Positions 41,420-52,013 of a DNA stretch of 64,000 bases are shown here, piece by piece. Below the pieces are notes generated by a model. The model did not search any database and was not told where the DNA came from. It worked only from the letters and a program-made list of their open reading frames with translations. Within the stretch, counting starts at the first letter, position 1, and every line of letters begins with the position of its first letter. The stretch is from an uncultured Gemmatimonadales bacterium (GTDB taxonomy: Bacteria > Gemmatimonadota > Gemmatimonadetes > Gemmatimonadales > GWC2-71-9). The stretch spans positions 256,001-320,000 of the forward strand of contig CAWCFX010000001.1 of NCBI GenBank assembly GCA_963795085.1, in the 5' to 3' direction. A program made the translations under genes and the position numbers.

Positions 41420-42433
<1,014 letters not shown>

Positions 42434-42865
42434 CTATCGCCAAGTCAGTGAATGATATCCGTCCGACCTCTGACGAATCCCGGGCCGCATGGTTTCAGGT
42501 CCGGACCGCGAAATGTAGCAGGGTTGGACGCCGGCCACTGAGATCAATCGCGATGCGGCGGACCCGTCACGATGACATGAACAGTGGATTGCGGAGCGAA
42601 GCGGTGCGCCGAGGTCGTGGAGGCAGGAATGACTCGGAATGCGTCCGTCGCGGGAGGAGTGCAGCCATGGTCAGGTACCTGGCGAACGCCACCATTGCCC
42701 AAGTCCACCACCGGGGCGTGCGGCACGAGGCCACGGCATTACGTCGATGACATGTACCACGGACCCGGCTCTTACCGAAGGATCATATGGTAAGCAGTTG
42801 TCAGGCATGGCGTTAGCTGCGCATGCCGACCACTTTTCAACGTGGCCGTCCGCCTGCCGTCCGCC

Positions 42866-42894
42866 TTGCGAAAAATTTCACAAGCCGGTAAATT
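42866..42894 (+). promoter_or_regulatory. Putative sigma70 promoter of the atp F0 operon
   Basis: TTGCGA-N17-TAAATT, 12 nt before the first ATG. Confidence 0.55.
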
Positions 42895-42906
42895 GGCCCC
42901 CAGTTT

Positions 42907-43146
42907 ATGAGGCAGAAAGACAACTCCGGCCGGGCCCTCGGAGAGGGTTACAAGTATGTCTCGCTCGGCATGACGTTCGCCGGCGGGATCATCCTGTTCA
43001 TGGCCATCGGGTTCCTGCTGGACCGCTGGCTCCACCTGATGCCCCTGTTTACCGTGGCGGGGACCCTGTTCGGGGCCGTGATGAGCTTCATCAGCGTGTA
43101 CCGGAAGCTGCAGGCCGACGAGCGGCGGAACAAGGCGGAACGGTGA
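42907..43146 (+). CDS. AtpZ/AtpI family membrane protein
   Basis: Two TMs with G..LDRW motif; first gene of the atp cluster. Confidence 0.85.
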   Translation: MRQKDNSGRALGEGYKYVSLGMTFAGGIILFMAIGFLLDRWLHLMPLFTVAGTLFGAVMSFISVYRKLQADERRNKAER

Positions 43147-43487
43147 AGCTGGGCATCGGGCTGGGGCTGCTGCTGACGGCGATGGTCGGCGCGATTCTCT
43201 ACGCCGGGTGGGGCAGGGAGGCGATGGTTGCCGGGGTGATCTTCGGACTGATCGCCACCACCATCCAGGCCGTTTCGGTGGCCATGGTCCGGCCCGCCTT
43301 CCGGGCCGCGTCCAGCATTTTCCTGGGTCGATGGGCCGCCGGGATGTTTCTCCGGATCGTCGGGGTGGCGCTGGTGGGGATCTGCGCCTATCTCAACCCG
43401 GTGTTCTTTCCGCCGCTGCCCACGGCGATCGGTTTTCTCGGGGTTCTCGTACCGCTGCTGTTTCTGGAGGTTCGACTGATTCGATGA
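43143..43487 (+). CDS. atpI: ATP synthase protein I-like membrane protein
   Basis: Four hydrophobic segments; GTG start overlaps the previous stop; precedes atpB. Confidence 0.65.
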   Translation: MKLGIGLGLLLTAMVGAILYAGWGREAMVAGVIFGLIATTIQAVSVAMVRPAFRAASSIFLGRWAAGMFLRIVGVALVGICAYLNPVFFPPLPTAIGFLGVLVPLLFLEVRLIR

Positions 43488-44341
43488 TGCAGGCGCTCCC
43501 GAATATCGGCGAGGTGGTACTCCACCACACGGCGGATGCGTGGACTATCGACTTCTTTCCCTTCGGCGCGATTCACCTGCCCCGGTGGGAGGACATTCAC
43601 ATCGGGTCCATGGCGATCAACCTGTCGCCTACCAAGCATGTGTATTTCCTGGTGCTGGCGGCGGTGCTGGTCTTCCTGACCATGTGGATCGCCGGCCGCC
43701 AGCTCGCGAAGCAGCAGGCCGGGAAGCAAGCCCCCCGCGGCTTCGCCGGGGCGGTGGAGGCCATGGTCCTCTTCGTCCGGGACGAGGTGGCCATCGCCAA
43801 CGTGGGGCACGAGGGCGCCCACTTCGCGCCCTATATCATGACCCTGTTCTTCTTCATTCTTTACAGCAACATACTGGGGCTGGTGCCCTGGGGCGCCTCG
43901 CCGACCGGCAACCTGGCGGTAACGGGGGCTCTGGCGATCACCGTGTTCCTGACGGTGGAGGTCGCCGGGTTCATGAAGCTGGGCCCCAGGGGATACCTGC
44001 GCACCATCTTCCCGCACGTCGAGGGGATTGACGGCATTGGCGGGGTGGTCATGTCGGTTGCCATGGCGCCCATCGAGATCCTGGGTAAGCTGGTCAAGCC
44101 CTTCGCCCTGGCCGTGCGGTTGTTCGGCAACATGACCGCCGGCCACTTCGTGATCCTCTCGCTGTTCGGGATCATCTTTCTGTTCGGCCACCTGAGCGGC
44201 TGGAACTGGGCTATCGGATTTCTCACCGCCCTGCTGGTCATGGCCATCATGTTGCTGGAGCTGTTCGTGGCTTTCCTGCAGGCCTACGTGTTCGCCCTGC
44301 TGAGCGCGGTCTTCATCGGGTTGATGCAGCACGAACATTGA
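43484..44341 (+). CDS. atpB: F0F1 ATP synthase subunit a
   Basis: KPFALAVRLFGNMTAGH, LQAYVF motifs. Confidence 0.96.
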   Translation: MMQALPNIGEVVLHHTADAWTIDFFPFGAIHLPRWEDIHIGSMAINLSPTKHVYFLVLAAVLVFLTMWIAGRQLAKQQAGKQAPRGFAGAVEAMVLFVRDEVAIANVGHEGAHFAPYIMTLFFFILYSNILGLVPWGASPTGNLAVTGALAITVFLTVEVAGFMKLGPRGYLRTIFPHVEGIDGIGGVVMSVAMAPIEILGKLVKPFALAVRLFGNMTAGHFVILSLFGIIFLFGHLSGWNWAIGFLTALLVMAIMLLELFVAFLQAYVFALLSAVFIGLMQHEH

Positions 44342-44400
44342 CAGTGGGACAGTGGGACAGTGGGACAGTGGGACAGTGGGACAGTGGGACAGTGGGACAG
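44340..44400 (+). repeat. Tandem 8-mer repeat (GACAGTGG)x7.6
   Basis: Read directly; starts inside the atpB stop codon. Confidence 0.95.
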
Positions 44401-44584
44401 AGGGGGTTCCGGACGATATGCGCACCAGTCGTCCGGGTGGTACTCCGCCGAATGGCGGACGAAGCTCGCTGGTCCTCGGGACCATTGGCGGGCCATGGAT
44501 GGGCAGGCGGGCCGGGAGACCCGTCGGGCCATCAGGGGCGCAGATAATCAATCGCAATCTCCCGACGACTCAATGGAGCACCTC

Positions 44585-44866
44585 ATGTTGAACCTGCTCG
44601 CTCTGGTCCAGGAAGTCGGCGTCGACGCGGCCGCCGTCGCCAAGAACACCAACGCGCTGCTCGGCGCCGGCATCGGTATCGGGCTGGCCATCCTGGGCGC
44701 GGGCCTGGGCCTGGGCCGGATCGGTGGCCAGGTGGCCGAGGGGATCGCCCGGCAGCCGGAAGCGGCCGCCGAGATCCGCGGCGCCGGCCTGCTGATCGCC
44801 GTGCTGCTGGAAGGCGCCACGATCATCGCGCTCGTGTTCGCCCTGCTGTTCAAGCTCATCGCCTAA
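44585..44866 (+). CDS. atpE: F0F1 ATP synthase subunit c
   Basis: GxGxG helix, RQPE loop, LLEG carboxylate; GGAG RBS. Confidence 0.95.
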   Translation: MLNLLALVQEVGVDAAAVAKNTNALLGAGIGIGLAILGAGLGLGRIGGQVAEGIARQPEAAAEIRGAGLLIAVLLEGATIIALVFALLFKLIA

Positions 44867-44878
44867 GAGGCAGTCACG

Positions 44879-45430
44879 ATGCGGATACTTCTCGCCCTGC
44901 TGGAGGAAGCCCAGGGCCACGCGGCCGGTGCTCCGGCATCGCCGTTCGAGGTGAATTTCGGCCTGTTCTTCTGGACCTGGCTCGTATTCATCCTCCTGAT
45001 GCTGCTGCTCAAGAAGTTCGCCTGGCCGGCGCTGCTCAAGTCCACGGTGGAACGGGAACAGCGGATCCAGGAACAGCTCGCGCAGGCCGAGAAGGCCAAC
45101 ACGGAAGCCCACGCCCTCCTCGAGCAGCAGAAATCGCTGTTTGCGGAGAGCCGGGCCTCGGCCCAGGCCATGCTGGCCGAAGCCAAGTCGGCCGCGGAGA
45201 AGGAACGGGCCGCGGCGATGGAGCGGACCCGGCAGGAACAGTCGGACCTGATGGACCGCGCCCGCCGGGACATCGGCGCCGAGAAGGAACGCGCCATCCA
45301 GGAGCTCAAGCGGGAGGCGGTGGACCTGTCGCTGGCCGCCGCGTCCCGTCTCATCGGGCAGCGGATGACCGGGGACACCGACCGCAGGCTGGTCGAGGAG
45401 TACCTGGGCTCGCTGGAGATCGCCAAGTGA
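44879..45430 (+). CDS. atpF: F0F1 ATP synthase subunit b
   Basis: GLFFWT..F..L..LL.KFAW TM followed by coiled coil. Confidence 0.93.
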   Translation: MRILLALLEEAQGHAAGAPASPFEVNFGLFFWTWLVFILLMLLLKKFAWPALLKSTVEREQRIQEQLAQAEKANTEAHALLEQQKSLFAESRASAQAMLAEAKSAAEKERAAAMERTRQEQSDLMDRARRDIGAEKERAIQELKREAVDLSLAAASRLIGQRMTGDTDRRLVEEYLGSLEIAK

Positions 45431-45963
45431 GGCCCTCCACCATCGCGCGGAACTACGCCGAGGCGCTCTACGCGCTGGGGGAGAAGTCGGGCCAGACCGA
45501 ACTGTACGCCGACCTGATGGACGCGGTGGCAGCGGCGATCGAAATGGAGCCAAAGGTATATGCGACGCTCATGTCGCCCCGGGTGCCCAAGCCGGTCAAG
45601 TCGCGGATCCTCGAGGCGGCGCTTCCCGAGGCGCCCCGCGAGTTTGTCCTGTTCCTGCAGGCGGTCGTGAAGCGAGGCCGGCAGGCGCTGTTCCGGCTGA
45701 TCGCGACCGAGTTCATGGGCCTGTTCGATGTGAAGATGAACCGGGTCCGGGCCGGGGTGACGCTGGCGCAGGAGCCGAACGAGGCCATGCGCCAGAGCAT
45801 CGCGGAAGGCCTGCGCCAGGCGCTCAAGAAGGAGGTGATCCCCACCTACCGGGTGGATCCCGAGATCCTGGGCGGGGTGGTGGTCCGGGTCGGAGACCGG
45901 GTCTTCGACGGATCGGTTCGGCGCCGGGCCACCAAGCTCAGGCGGCACCTGCTGACCCGATAG
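45427..45963 (+). CDS. atpH: F1 ATP synthase subunit delta
   Basis: IARNYAEAL, VDPEILGGVVVRVGD.VFDGSV. Confidence 0.93.
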   Translation: MRPSTIARNYAEALYALGEKSGQTELYADLMDAVAAAIEMEPKVYATLMSPRVPKPVKSRILEAALPEAPREFVLFLQAVVKRGRQALFRLIATEFMGLFDVKMNRVRAGVTLAQEPNEAMRQSIAEGLRQALKKEVIPTYRVDPEILGGVVVRVGDRVFDGSVRRRATKLRRHLLTR

Positions 45964-45980
45964 GGGAGGACCGCAGGGTG

Positions 45981-46007
45981 AGCCCGCTCGTTTGAGCGGG
46001 CTTTTTT
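45981..46007 (+). terminator. Rho-independent terminator ending the atp operon
   Basis: AGCCCGCTC-GTTT-GAGCGGGCT plus T-run. Confidence 0.85.
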
Positions 46008-46060
46008 CTTACCCCGCCGCCCTCGCCGCTGACCCGCTTCCCGGCTAGCTTTCGGAGGGT

Positions 46061-46636
46061 ATGCTGACACCCAGGGATGGCACCCGGCGCGACCTTTTCC
46101 GTCATGCCGCGGGCGACTGGTTCGACCGGCTGCTGGAATCGGCCGAGGAGCGGGTCGTCACCAGGCAGTACTACCGGCCCCCCGGCGCGTTGCCGGAGGT
46201 AGGCTTCCTGGCCGCCTGCACCCGCTGTGGCGATTGCATCACTGTCTGTCCGGTCCGGGCCATCATGAAAGTCCCGGCGGACGGCGGTTTCGCCGCGGGG
46301 ACGCCGTACGTCGATCCCGGATATCAGCCCTGCGTGGTGTGTACCGACATGCCCTGCGCCCGGGCCTGCCCGACCGAGGCGCTGACGGTGCCCGCGGATA
46401 TCTGGGGAAGTATCCGGATGGGTGCGCTGGAACTGCTGACCGAACGCTGCGTGACGTTCCAGGGTACCGAGTGCGGGGTCTGCGCCCGGGCCTGCCCCGT
46501 CGGAAGCGCCGCGCTCGTCATGGATGAGCAGGGCCATCCGGTGCTGCGCGCCGAAGGCTGCGTGGGCTGCGGTGTCTGCGTGCGGGCCTGCGTCACCCAT
46601 CCCTCATCTCTCAAACTGACCTTCCTGGAGCGATAA
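46061..46636 (+). CDS. NapF/NapG/MauM-type polyferredoxin
   Basis: RR.LF, RPPGA, CTRCGDC...CP and further CxxC/CxxCxxCxxxC clusters. Confidence 0.85.
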   Translation: MLTPRDGTRRDLFRHAAGDWFDRLLESAEERVVTRQYYRPPGALPEVGFLAACTRCGDCITVCPVRAIMKVPADGGFAAGTPYVDPGYQPCVVCTDMPCARACPTEALTVPADIWGSIRMGALELLTERCVTFQGTECGVCARACPVGSAALVMDEQGHPVLRAEGCVGCGVCVRACVTHPSSLKLTFLER

Positions 46637-46986
46637 TGCCGGACGTGCCATATCGGGTGGACAAGCCGTGGGGCTACGAGTTGATCTGGGCCCGCACCGA
46701 CCGCTACGTCGGCAAGGTCCTGCACGTGACCGCCGGCAACGTGCTCAGTCTTCAGTATCACAACTTCAAGGACGAAACCATGCATGTCCTGTCCGGAGAA
46801 CTGATTCTCCGGACCCGACCCGACGGAGAACTGCTGGAGCGCCGGTTCACGGCCGGCGAGTCCGTCCACATCCCTCCGAAGCTGGTGCACCAGATCGAGG
46901 CGGTGGTGGATAGCGACGTGCTGGAAGCCTCAACGCCCGAACTCGACGACCTGGTCCGTCTCACCGACCGCTACGGAAGGAGCTAG
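46636..46986 (+). CDS. Cupin domain protein (mannose-6-phosphate isomerase type II-like)
   Basis: VDKPWG, LSLQYH..KDE, EASTPELDD. Confidence 0.85.
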   Translation: MPDVPYRVDKPWGYELIWARTDRYVGKVLHVTAGNVLSLQYHNFKDETMHVLSGELILRTRPDGELLERRFTAGESVHIPPKLVHQIEAVVDSDVLEASTPELDDLVRLTDRYGRS

Positions 46987-46991
46987 TCTCA

Positions 46992-47972
46992 ATGCAAGTG
47001 ATCATCCCGCTGGCGGGGAAGGGCACCCGTTTGCGCCCGCATACCCACCTGGTCCCCAAGCCGATGCTCAAGGTGGGCGGCCGGCCGGTCATGGACTGGG
47101 TGATGGACCGGATGGCCGCTCTCGATGTGTCTGAGCTGATTTTCATTACCGGGCATCTCAAGGAGCAGGTGGAGGCCTATTCCAAGAGCCGGTACGGCAT
47201 CCCCGCCCGGTATATCGAGCAGACGGTGCAGGACGGCACCGCGGGCGCGGTCAACCTGGCGCGCCCGTACGTCACGGAGCCGGTGCTCATCATCTTCGTG
47301 GATACGGTCTTCGAAGCCGACCTCACCCTGATCAACCGGACCGACGCCGACGGAATCATCTGGGCCAAGGAGGTCGAGGACTACCAGCGGTTCGGCGTGG
47401 TGGTGACCGACCAGGACGGCTACATGACAAAGATCGTCGAGAAGCCCTCCACCCCGATTTCCAAGCTGGCCAATATCGGGCTGTACTACATCCGCGACGT
47501 GGAGACCCTCTGGAAGGGCATCGACCACACGCTCGCCTCGCCCGCCAACAAGGGCGAGTTTTTCCTCACCGACGCCTTCCAGTACATGATCGAGCAGGGC
47601 CGGAAGATCCTCACCGCCGAGGTGGCCGGCTGGTACGATTGCGGCAAGCTCAACACCCTGCTCGAAACCAACGAGATCCTGCTCAACCAGGGGGCGGCCC
47701 GGCGGCGGGACTTCCCCGGGGTCACTATCCACGACCCGGTGTACATCGAGGACGGGGTGACCGTCGAACGGAGTGAGATCGGGCCCAACGTGACGCTCGA
47801 GGCGGGTACCACGGTGAGGGACAGCCGGCTGGCGCATACCGTGGTGGGGTCCGGGGGGCTGATCGAGTACTCTACCCTGCGCGATTCGATGCTCGGCGAC
47901 CGGGTGACCGTCAAGGGGTTCACCGGCAGCACGACGCTGGGGGCGGACAGCGAAGTGGTGGGCGGCGCCTGA
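46992..47972 (+). CDS. Sugar-phosphate nucleotidyltransferase (RmlA/GCD1-like) with beta-helix tail
   Basis: AGKGTRLRPHT..VPKP, IVEKP, WYDCG. Confidence 0.9.
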   Translation: MQVIIPLAGKGTRLRPHTHLVPKPMLKVGGRPVMDWVMDRMAALDVSELIFITGHLKEQVEAYSKSRYGIPARYIEQTVQDGTAGAVNLARPYVTEPVLIIFVDTVFEADLTLINRTDADGIIWAKEVEDYQRFGVVVTDQDGYMTKIVEKPSTPISKLANIGLYYIRDVETLWKGIDHTLASPANKGEFFLTDAFQYMIEQGRKILTAEVAGWYDCGKLNTLLETNEILLNQGAARRRDFPGVTIHDPVYIEDGVTVERSEIGPNVTLEAGTTVRDSRLAHTVVGSGGLIEYSTLRDSMLGDRVTVKGFTGSTTLGADSEVVGGA

Positions 47973-48028
47973 CGGGGCTCCTGCCCCGGTGCCTTGACGA
48001 CCGCTGAACCCCGAGGTCACTTACGGCC

Positions 48029-49288
48029 ATGGACCATGACGACCTGATCTACGACTGGAACCGGCAGCGGGAGGAGTTCGACTACGCCCGGTGCCGGGTC
48101 GAGTTGAACGACGAGACCCTGCGGGACGGGCTCCAGTCCCCCTCGGTGATCGACCCGCCGATGCCGGCCAAGGTCGAGCTGCTCCACCTGATGGCCGACC
48201 TGGGCATTCACTCGGCGGACATCGGGCTTCCCGGTGCCGGCGCCCGCGCGGTGGAGCAGGTGCGGACGCTGGCGCGGGAGATCGTCCAGTCGCGGCTGGC
48301 CATCGAACCCAACTGCGCCGCCCGCACCGTGATCAAGGACGTGGAGCCGATCGCCCGGATCAGCCAGGAAACCGGCATCGCGATCGAGGCGGCGACCTTC
48401 ATCGGCTCGTCCGCCATCCGGCAATACGCCGAGGACTGGACCCTCGACAGCATGTTGCGGGTGAGCGAGGAAGCGGTCACCTTCGCGGTGAAGCAGGGGC
48501 TGCCGGTGATGTACGTGACCGAAGACACCACCCGCGCCCGCCCCGAAACCCTCAAGGCACTCTATGGCAACGCCATCCGCTGGGGAGCCCGGCGGATCTG
48601 TCTGGCCGACACCGTGGGCCATGCGACGCCGCCGGGCGTGCGCGCACTGGTTCGATTCATCAAGGAAGAGATTGTCCGTCCCTCGGGCGAGGCGGTCAAG
48701 ATCGACTGGCACGGTCACCGGGACCGGGGCCTCGGCATCGCCAACTGCCTGGCGGCGATCGAGGCCGGGGTGGACCGGGTCCACGGGACCGCGGTCGGCA
48801 TCGGCGAACGGGTGGGCAATGCCGAAATGGACCTGCTGCTGGTGAACCTCAAGTTGCTGGGCGCCCACCAGCATGACCTGTCGAAACTGGCCCGGTACTG
48901 CCGGGTCGCCTGCGAATCTACCGGGATGCCGCTGCCCATCAACTATCCGGTCGTGGGCGGGGACGCCTTCCGCACCGGTACTGGTGTGCACGCGTCGGCC
49001 ATCATCAAGGCCAAGCAGAAGGGCGACCTCTGGCTGGCCGACCGGATCTACAGCAGCGTCCCCGCGACCGAGTTCGGCCTCCGCCAGGTGATCGAGATCT
49101 CGCCGCTCTCGGGCCTCTCCAACGTAAAGTACTGGCTGGCCGAGCATGGGTATGACCCTGAGGATGGCGTCGTGTGCCAGGCGCTCTTCCAGGCGGCCAA
49201 GACCGCGGACCGGGTGCTGGGCGAAGACGAATGCCACGGCCTCGTCGCCTCCGTGCGCATCCGCGGCGGCGCCGATGTCCGAAGCTGA
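48029..49288 (+). CDS. LeuA/homocitrate synthase-family DRE-TIM condensing enzyme without regulatory domain
   Basis: DETLRDGLQ, LADTVG, WHGHRDRG, GIGERVGNA. Confidence 0.85.
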   Translation: MDHDDLIYDWNRQREEFDYARCRVELNDETLRDGLQSPSVIDPPMPAKVELLHLMADLGIHSADIGLPGAGARAVEQVRTLAREIVQSRLAIEPNCAARTVIKDVEPIARISQETGIAIEAATFIGSSAIRQYAEDWTLDSMLRVSEEAVTFAVKQGLPVMYVTEDTTRARPETLKALYGNAIRWGARRICLADTVGHATPPGVRALVRFIKEEIVRPSGEAVKIDWHGHRDRGLGIANCLAAIEAGVDRVHGTAVGIGERVGNAEMDLLLVNLKLLGAHQHDLSKLARYCRVACESTGMPLPINYPVVGGDAFRTGTGVHASAIIKAKQKGDLWLADRIYSSVPATEFGLRQVIEISPLSGLSNVKYWLAEHGYDPEDGVVCQALFQAAKTADRVLGEDECHGLVASVRIRGGADVRS

Positions 49289-50873
49289 GCGCATTTATCA
49301 GTCTTACTTCGACCTGCGGTGGCACTTCGACCCCGCGGCGGCGACTGAAGCGGGGGTGGTGGCCCAGAACTCCCGGCTGGGCGAGTACGACACCGAGTCG
49401 ATGCGAGCCCACCTGGCGGCATTCCGCTCCCTTGGGCTGGCCGTCGAAGGTATCGAGGTCGGCAACGTCCAGGACGAGATAGACCGCACCGCCCTGCTCA
49501 ATGACATCCGCAGCACGCTCTTCCAGTTCGAGCACGAGATGCCCCACGTGCGGAACCCGGTCTTCTGGTTGAATCACCTGTTCCGGGCGCTGTACTCCCT
49601 GCTGGATTCCAACGACGCCCCGCGGCCACAACTGGCTTTCCATGCGCTGGAACGGCTTCGCGGCGCGCCGGTGCTGCTCCGGGCGGCGGCCGCCACGCTG
49701 CGCGACCCCGCGCCCATCCTGCGGGACACCGCCGATTCCATGATCGATGGCGGGGAAACCCTGATCGGCACGGTGGCCCAGTTCTGCCGCGATCACGGCG
49801 ACCTCCCTTCCGCGGAGATCGATGCAGCCGCGGGCGAGGCCGAGGCGGCGCTGACCCGGTTCGGCCTGGCGCTCAAGACCGAGCTGGCGACCAGCGACGA
49901 CATCCATGGGTTCGCGATCGGCGAGGAGCAGTTCAACCGACGCCTGCATTTCGAGCATGCGCTGGGATCGTCGGCGCCCGAACTCTGGCGTTACGGCATG
50001 CGCCTCGTGGAGGCAACCGAGGCCGACCTGGTGCTCCAGGCGGAATCGATGGCGCCCGGCACCGGCTGGCGGGACCTGGTGCTGCGGCTTCGGCAGGACG
50101 CGCCGGTCCCGGCCGATACGATCGGCGCGCACCGGGACACGGTGGAACGGGCCCGGTCCTTCCTGCACGACCGGGGGCTCATCTCGGTGCCGGCCGCCCC
50201 GCTCCTGGTCGAGCCGACACCGGAGTTTTTGCGTCCCCTCATCCCGTTTGCGGCCTATTCGCCCCCCGGGCCATTTTCGGCCAGCCGGGAGGGACGCTTC
50301 TATGTCACCGACCACCCGGGGGGCAGCCGGAGGCCGTCCCACCGGTCCCGGTTCGAACTGGCCAGCCTCTGCGTGCACGAGGGGTTTCCCGGGCATCACC
50401 TGCACATGGTGACCTCGCAGGGGCTTCCCTCGCTGGTGCGGCGGGTGTTGTGGAACCCGGCCATGGTCGAGGGCTGGGCGCTTTATGCCGAGGACATGAT
50501 GGGCGAACAAGGTTACTACCAGCCGGCCGAGCGGCTGTTCCAGCAGGTCCACCTGCTCTGGCGCGCGGTCCGGGTGCTGCTCGATATCGGCCTCCACACG
50601 CGCAACATGTCCCCCGCGGCGGCCGTGGTCTACCTCCTGGAAAAAGTGCCGATGGACCCGCGGGAAGCGCTCTCCGAAGTCCGGCGGTACTGCGGCTCTC
50701 CGACGTATCCCTTGTCGTACGCCGTGGGTCGCCGCGACATCCTGGCGTTGCGGGCGGACTATCTTGCGCGCGCCGGTGCGGCCGGTTCCCTGCGGGAGTT
50801 TCACGACGAGCTGATGGCCTATGGCGGCTTTCCGGTATCGCTGGCGCGCTGGGGAATGGGATTGAGCGAGTAA
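49275..50873 (+). CDS. DUF885 family protein
   Basis: HEGFPGHHLH, EGWALYAE, RAVRVLLDIGLH, EVRRY, FHD. Confidence 0.9.
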   Translation: MSEAERIYQSYFDLRWHFDPAAATEAGVVAQNSRLGEYDTESMRAHLAAFRSLGLAVEGIEVGNVQDEIDRTALLNDIRSTLFQFEHEMPHVRNPVFWLNHLFRALYSLLDSNDAPRPQLAFHALERLRGAPVLLRAAAATLRDPAPILRDTADSMIDGGETLIGTVAQFCRDHGDLPSAEIDAAAGEAEAALTRFGLALKTELATSDDIHGFAIGEEQFNRRLHFEHALGSSAPELWRYGMRLVEATEADLVLQAESMAPGTGWRDLVLRLRQDAPVPADTIGAHRDTVERARSFLHDRGLISVPAAPLLVEPTPEFLRPLIPFAAYSPPGPFSASREGRFYVTDHPGGSRRPSHRSRFELASLCVHEGFPGHHLHMVTSQGLPSLVRRVLWNPAMVEGWALYAEDMMGEQGYYQPAERLFQQVHLLWRAVRVLLDIGLHTRNMSPAAAVVYLLEKVPMDPREALSEVRRYCGSPTYPLSYAVGRRDILALRADYLARAGAAGSLREFHDELMAYGGFPVSLARWGMGLSE

Positions 50874-50999
50874 AACGCCGGGAACCTGGCTCGGCCAAAG
50901 CGGCGCGGGTGCTTTCACTTTTTGCCGGGTTGCATCATATTGTGTTGTGCTGTCATCTATCTCCGGGGGCTTGCCAGGCATCGATCGTCGGCCGCGACG

Positions 51000-52010
51000 A
51001 TGAAAATTACCGTCCTCACCTATCTCGACAGCACTGACGAAGAGTCGAAAGACTACGATCCGGTCGTAAAACAGGTGGGCCGCGCCCTGCGCCGGCTCGG
51101 CCACCGGGTGTCCCTCCTCGGCGTCCACGGCGATGTCCGCCGCCTGGTCCTGGGCCTCTCCCGCCGCAAACCGGATCTCATCTTCAACATGATGGAAATG
51201 TTCGCCGACAACATGTTCGGCGATATCGCCGTTACCGGCACCCTGGACCTGCTCGGCCTGCGCTATACCGGCTGCGGGCCGGGCGACGCCTATCTCACGC
51301 AGGACAAGGCGCTGACCAAGAAGATCCTGGCGTTTCACGACATCAAGTATCCCCAGTTCGCGGTCTTCTCGAAGGCGTCGGACATCGAGATGGTGGGCAA
51401 CCTCCGGATGCCGCTGTTCATCAAGCCGCTCCGGGCGGATGCCTCCATCGGCATCGATTCCAAGTCGCTGGTGACCGACATGAAGGCGCTGATGCGCCGG
51501 GTCGCCGTCATCCACGACGAACTGAACGATTCGGCGCTGGCCGAGGAGTATATCGACGGGCGGGAGTTCTATGTCGGGGTGATCGGGAACCAGGAGCCCC
51601 AGGCCCTGCCGCCGGTCGAACTCGATTTCTCCGGCCTGCCGGAGGGCGCCCCCAAGGTGCTCGACAACAAGGCCAAGTGGGACCCTGAGAGCACGGAGTA
51701 CCGGGGTACCCAGTCCGTCGTCGCGAGCCTGCCCGACGAACTCCGGGCCCGGCTGCAGAAGGTCTCGGTGGAGGCCTACCGGGCGCTCCGGGTGCGGGAC
51801 TACGGGCGAGTGGACCTGCGGCTCACCGATACCGGCGAGATCTACGTGCTGGAGGTGAACGCGGGCTGTTACCTGGCCCGGGACAGCGAGTTCGCGATGG
51901 CGGCGGAGGCCGCCGGGATCGAATACACCACGCTCATCAAGCGCATCGTGGACCTCGCCTGCGAGCGTTACAAGCACTCCGGCAACGCCATCCAGCCGGC
52001 CGAAAAGTAG
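51000..52010 (+). CDS. D-Ala-D-Ala ligase-like ATP-grasp protein
   Basis: DKALTK, FIKP..ADASIGI, EEYIDGRE, RDYGRVDLR, LEVNA. Confidence 0.85.
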   Translation: MKITVLTYLDSTDEESKDYDPVVKQVGRALRRLGHRVSLLGVHGDVRRLVLGLSRRKPDLIFNMMEMFADNMFGDIAVTGTLDLLGLRYTGCGPGDAYLTQDKALTKKILAFHDIKYPQFAVFSKASDIEMVGNLRMPLFIKPLRADASIGIDSKSLVTDMKALMRRVAVIHDELNDSALAEEYIDGREFYVGVIGNQEPQALPPVELDFSGLPEGAPKVLDNKAKWDPESTEYRGTQSVVASLPDELRARLQKVSVEAYRALRVRDYGRVDLRLTDTGEIYVLEVNAGCYLARDSEFAMAAEAAGIEYTTLIKRIVDLACERYKHSGNAIQPAEK

Positions 52011-52013
52011 GCG

